From the NCBI GenBank assembly GCA_028534125.1, contig CM052817.1, positions 52,392,001 to 52,455,955 on the forward strand: DNA of 63,955 bases. The letters are read 5' to 3'. The notes under the pieces are model-generated. The model made no database searches. It had not been told where the DNA came from and saw only the letters and a program-made list of their open reading frames with translations. This document shows, one piece after another, positions 61,780 through 63,955 of this stretch (within the stretch, counting starts at the first letter, position 1; each line of letters starts with the position of its first letter). The position numbers were made by a program, and so were the translations under genes. This stretch comes from Lama glama (taxonomy: Eukaryota).

Positions 61780-63955
61780 TTCTACATGTAAAGTGCTTAG
61801 AAGTTGATGCTATGCCTTAAGAACAAATAAAACGCCTATCAAACTGATAATAACACTTATCTTGTATCTGTAAGAGAAGTGAGGACACAGAACAAAGAGC
61901 TGTCCCCAAGAATGGACTAGGAAGTGAATACAGGGAATCATGGTTTGTTGAAGCAGAGACTCACAAGTAGAAACCACCATGGAAACCAGCGTCAGGGAAA
62001 GAGAACCTGAAACATAACTGAACTATCAAAGGCTCAGAGCAGACAAATCTGAGAGTTACAATCTCCAGGGATACCCAGGCGTGGCAGCTTCCACAGTATT
62101 GTGAGATTTGCCTCTGGGAGCACAATAGATATCTCACAGTAAATATCTGAGAAAAATCTCCTCTTCCTTCTAATAGGGAGAGGAGAAATGGAATCATCTG
62201 GAAATACGCCACAGCACATTTTTTTTTTTTTAACAAGACCTGCCTTCAGGAGAAACTAGCTAAACAGAACCTAATCTGCTGAGGTACTGTCAGAGCCTAA
62301 CTGACCTGGGGGGAATATAATATCCAATTCCAGCTTTCTCTAGCAACCTAGGAGAGAAAAAAACAAAAAAACTGAGACGTACTTATGATGCTCATAGTCT
62401 AGAGGAGCTACTCAGTAAAAGACTGAGACCTATTCATAGGATTATAGAATTTATCCTTTACCCTCACACCTTACCAACACATTACTAAAGTTCAATTTAC
62501 ATAAGTTATTTTTACAAGTTACATTATGTCTGTCTATCAAGAAAATTATAGGTCATACTAAAAGCAAAAAACACTATTTGAAGAGACAGAACAGGTACCA
62601 GAATCAGATACAGCAGGGATATCAGAATTATCGAACCTAGAATTTAAAACAACTGTAATTAGCTTGTTAAGGGCTCTAATGAATAAAGTAGGTAACATGC
62701 AATAACAGATTGGCATTGTAAGCAGAGGGACTTAAATTGTAAGGAAAAAACACTGGAAATAAAAATCACTATAACAGAAATAAAAATGCCTTTGATGGCT
62801 TATCAATCAACTGGGCACTTCTAAGGAAAGAACGCCTAAGACTGAGGATATCTCAATAGAATATACCAAGCTAAAAAAAATCAGAGAACAGAGAATGAAA
62901 AGACAGAACAGAAATTCCAAGGACTGTGGAACAAATAGGAAAGGTATAAAATACATGTAATGGGAATACCAGAAGGAGAAGAAAGAGCAAAAGTAACAGG
63001 AGAAATAAAACATCAATGACTGAGAATTTCCTGAAAATAAATATCAGACACCAAATCACAGACCCAGGGAGCTCAGAGAAAACTAAGATAAATGCCAAAA
63101 AAAAAAAAATTATATCTAGGCATATCATTTTCAAAACAAAGGTAAAGAAAAACATCTGAAGAGGAGGGGAAACCACATCTTACCTATAGAGGAACTAAGA
63201 TAAGAATGACACTCAACTTCAATTCAGAAACCATGCAAGCAAGAACAGAGTGGAGTGAGATATTTAAAATCTAGAGACAAAAAACCCACCAACCTAGAAT
63301 TTTTCTGTACACTGATAAATTATCCTTCAAAAGTTAAGAATAATTTAAGATTTTTCTAGCAAACAGAAATTGAGGAAATTTGTTGCCAGTAGACTTGCCT
63401 TTCAAGAAATATTAAAAGTCAATCTTTATTTAACCTGCCACTCTATGTCTTTTGTTAGGCGCATTTAGTCTATTGACATTTATGGTAATTATCGATAGAT
63501 GTGCGTTTATTGTCATGAGTATATAAATGACTGAAATATTACTGTACACCAGAAATTGACATATTTTAACTGACTATACTTCAATTTAAAAAAGTGAATC
63601 CTTAGAGAAAAGGAAAATAATAATATATCAGGAACAAGGGTCTACATAAAGTAAAGAAGGAAGAACTGAAGATACAATAAAAACTTTCATTTTTCTTATT
63701 TTCTTAATTTGTATAACAAGTAATAGTTTATTTAAAATAAAACCAACAATGCATTTGAATATGCTTGCTTTTGTATATGTCTCATGTTATATGTACATGC
63801 TTATGCATGTTTACATATAAGGGAAACAATGAAAGCAAAGGTCCAAGGGGTGGAAGGAGGATTAGGATTACTTTGTTATTCCAAGGCACTCACATTGTCT
63901 GTGAAATGCTATAATATTAGTTTAAAGTGGATTTGGATTAATTGTATATTGCCAA
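61780..63955 (+). mobile_element. Old L1 (L1MD/L1MC-like) 5' UTR, decayed ORF1 and inter-ORF region; runs off the window
   Basis: ccaaggactgtggaacaaat...gtaatgggaataccagaaggagaaga...tcagaaaccatgcaagcaagaacagagtggagtg...ttatccttcaaaagt...gaggaaatttgttgccagtagac. Confidence 0.85.
63425..63592 (+). mobile_element. Young micro-L1 with a 5' inversion, nested in the old L1
   Basis: 63425-63516 is the antisense ORF2 start (MTINAHLSIITINVNRLNAPNKRHRVAG*); 63517-63592 is the sense L1 3' end; TSD aaaagtcaatcttta (63414-63428) / aaaagtgaatcctta (63590-63604). Confidence 0.85.

Noticed and set aside
62807..63176. Hydrophobic minus-strand ORFs
   Set aside because: They are the antisense of A-rich decayed L1 ORF1, which yields Phe/Leu-rich pseudo-transmembrane peptides.

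Overview
AT-rich, CpG-poor placental-mammal genomic DNA, probably a camelid. That assignment is inferred from three young L1 3' ends of camelid type and from seeing no Alu, Bov-tA/BovB, PRE-1, CHR, ERE or Can-SINE copies. The + strand holds the 3' part of TECRL (trans-2,3-enoyl-CoA reductase-like). Ten GT-AG exons (45, 104, 116, 106, 73, 44, 58, 86, 46, 128 nt; exons 3-12 by human numbering from memory) splice into an uninterrupted 806-nt frame from 1325 to the TAA at 35462-35464. Exons 1-2 lie upstream of the window. The rest is intron, 3' UTR and about 27 kb of downstream DNA rich in decayed transposons (L1, L2, MIR, MLT/ERV LTRs, MER20, MER58, MER82, Tigger). None of the supplied ORFs is a real single-exon gene. 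I found no prokaryote-type system and no convincing new multi-gene system. The best leads are: (1) a MER41-like solo LTR with a perfect CArG box facing the 3' end of this cardiac gene; (2) a tiny twin-primed L1 joining the inverted ORF2 start to the 3' tail; (3) a 76-bp duplication around a 457-bp orphan insert; (4) a (TG)14 tract just upstream of the exon 7 branch point; (5) apparent loss of basic cofactor-binding residues in TECRL. Repeat family names come from recalled consensus sequences and repeat boundaries are approximate.
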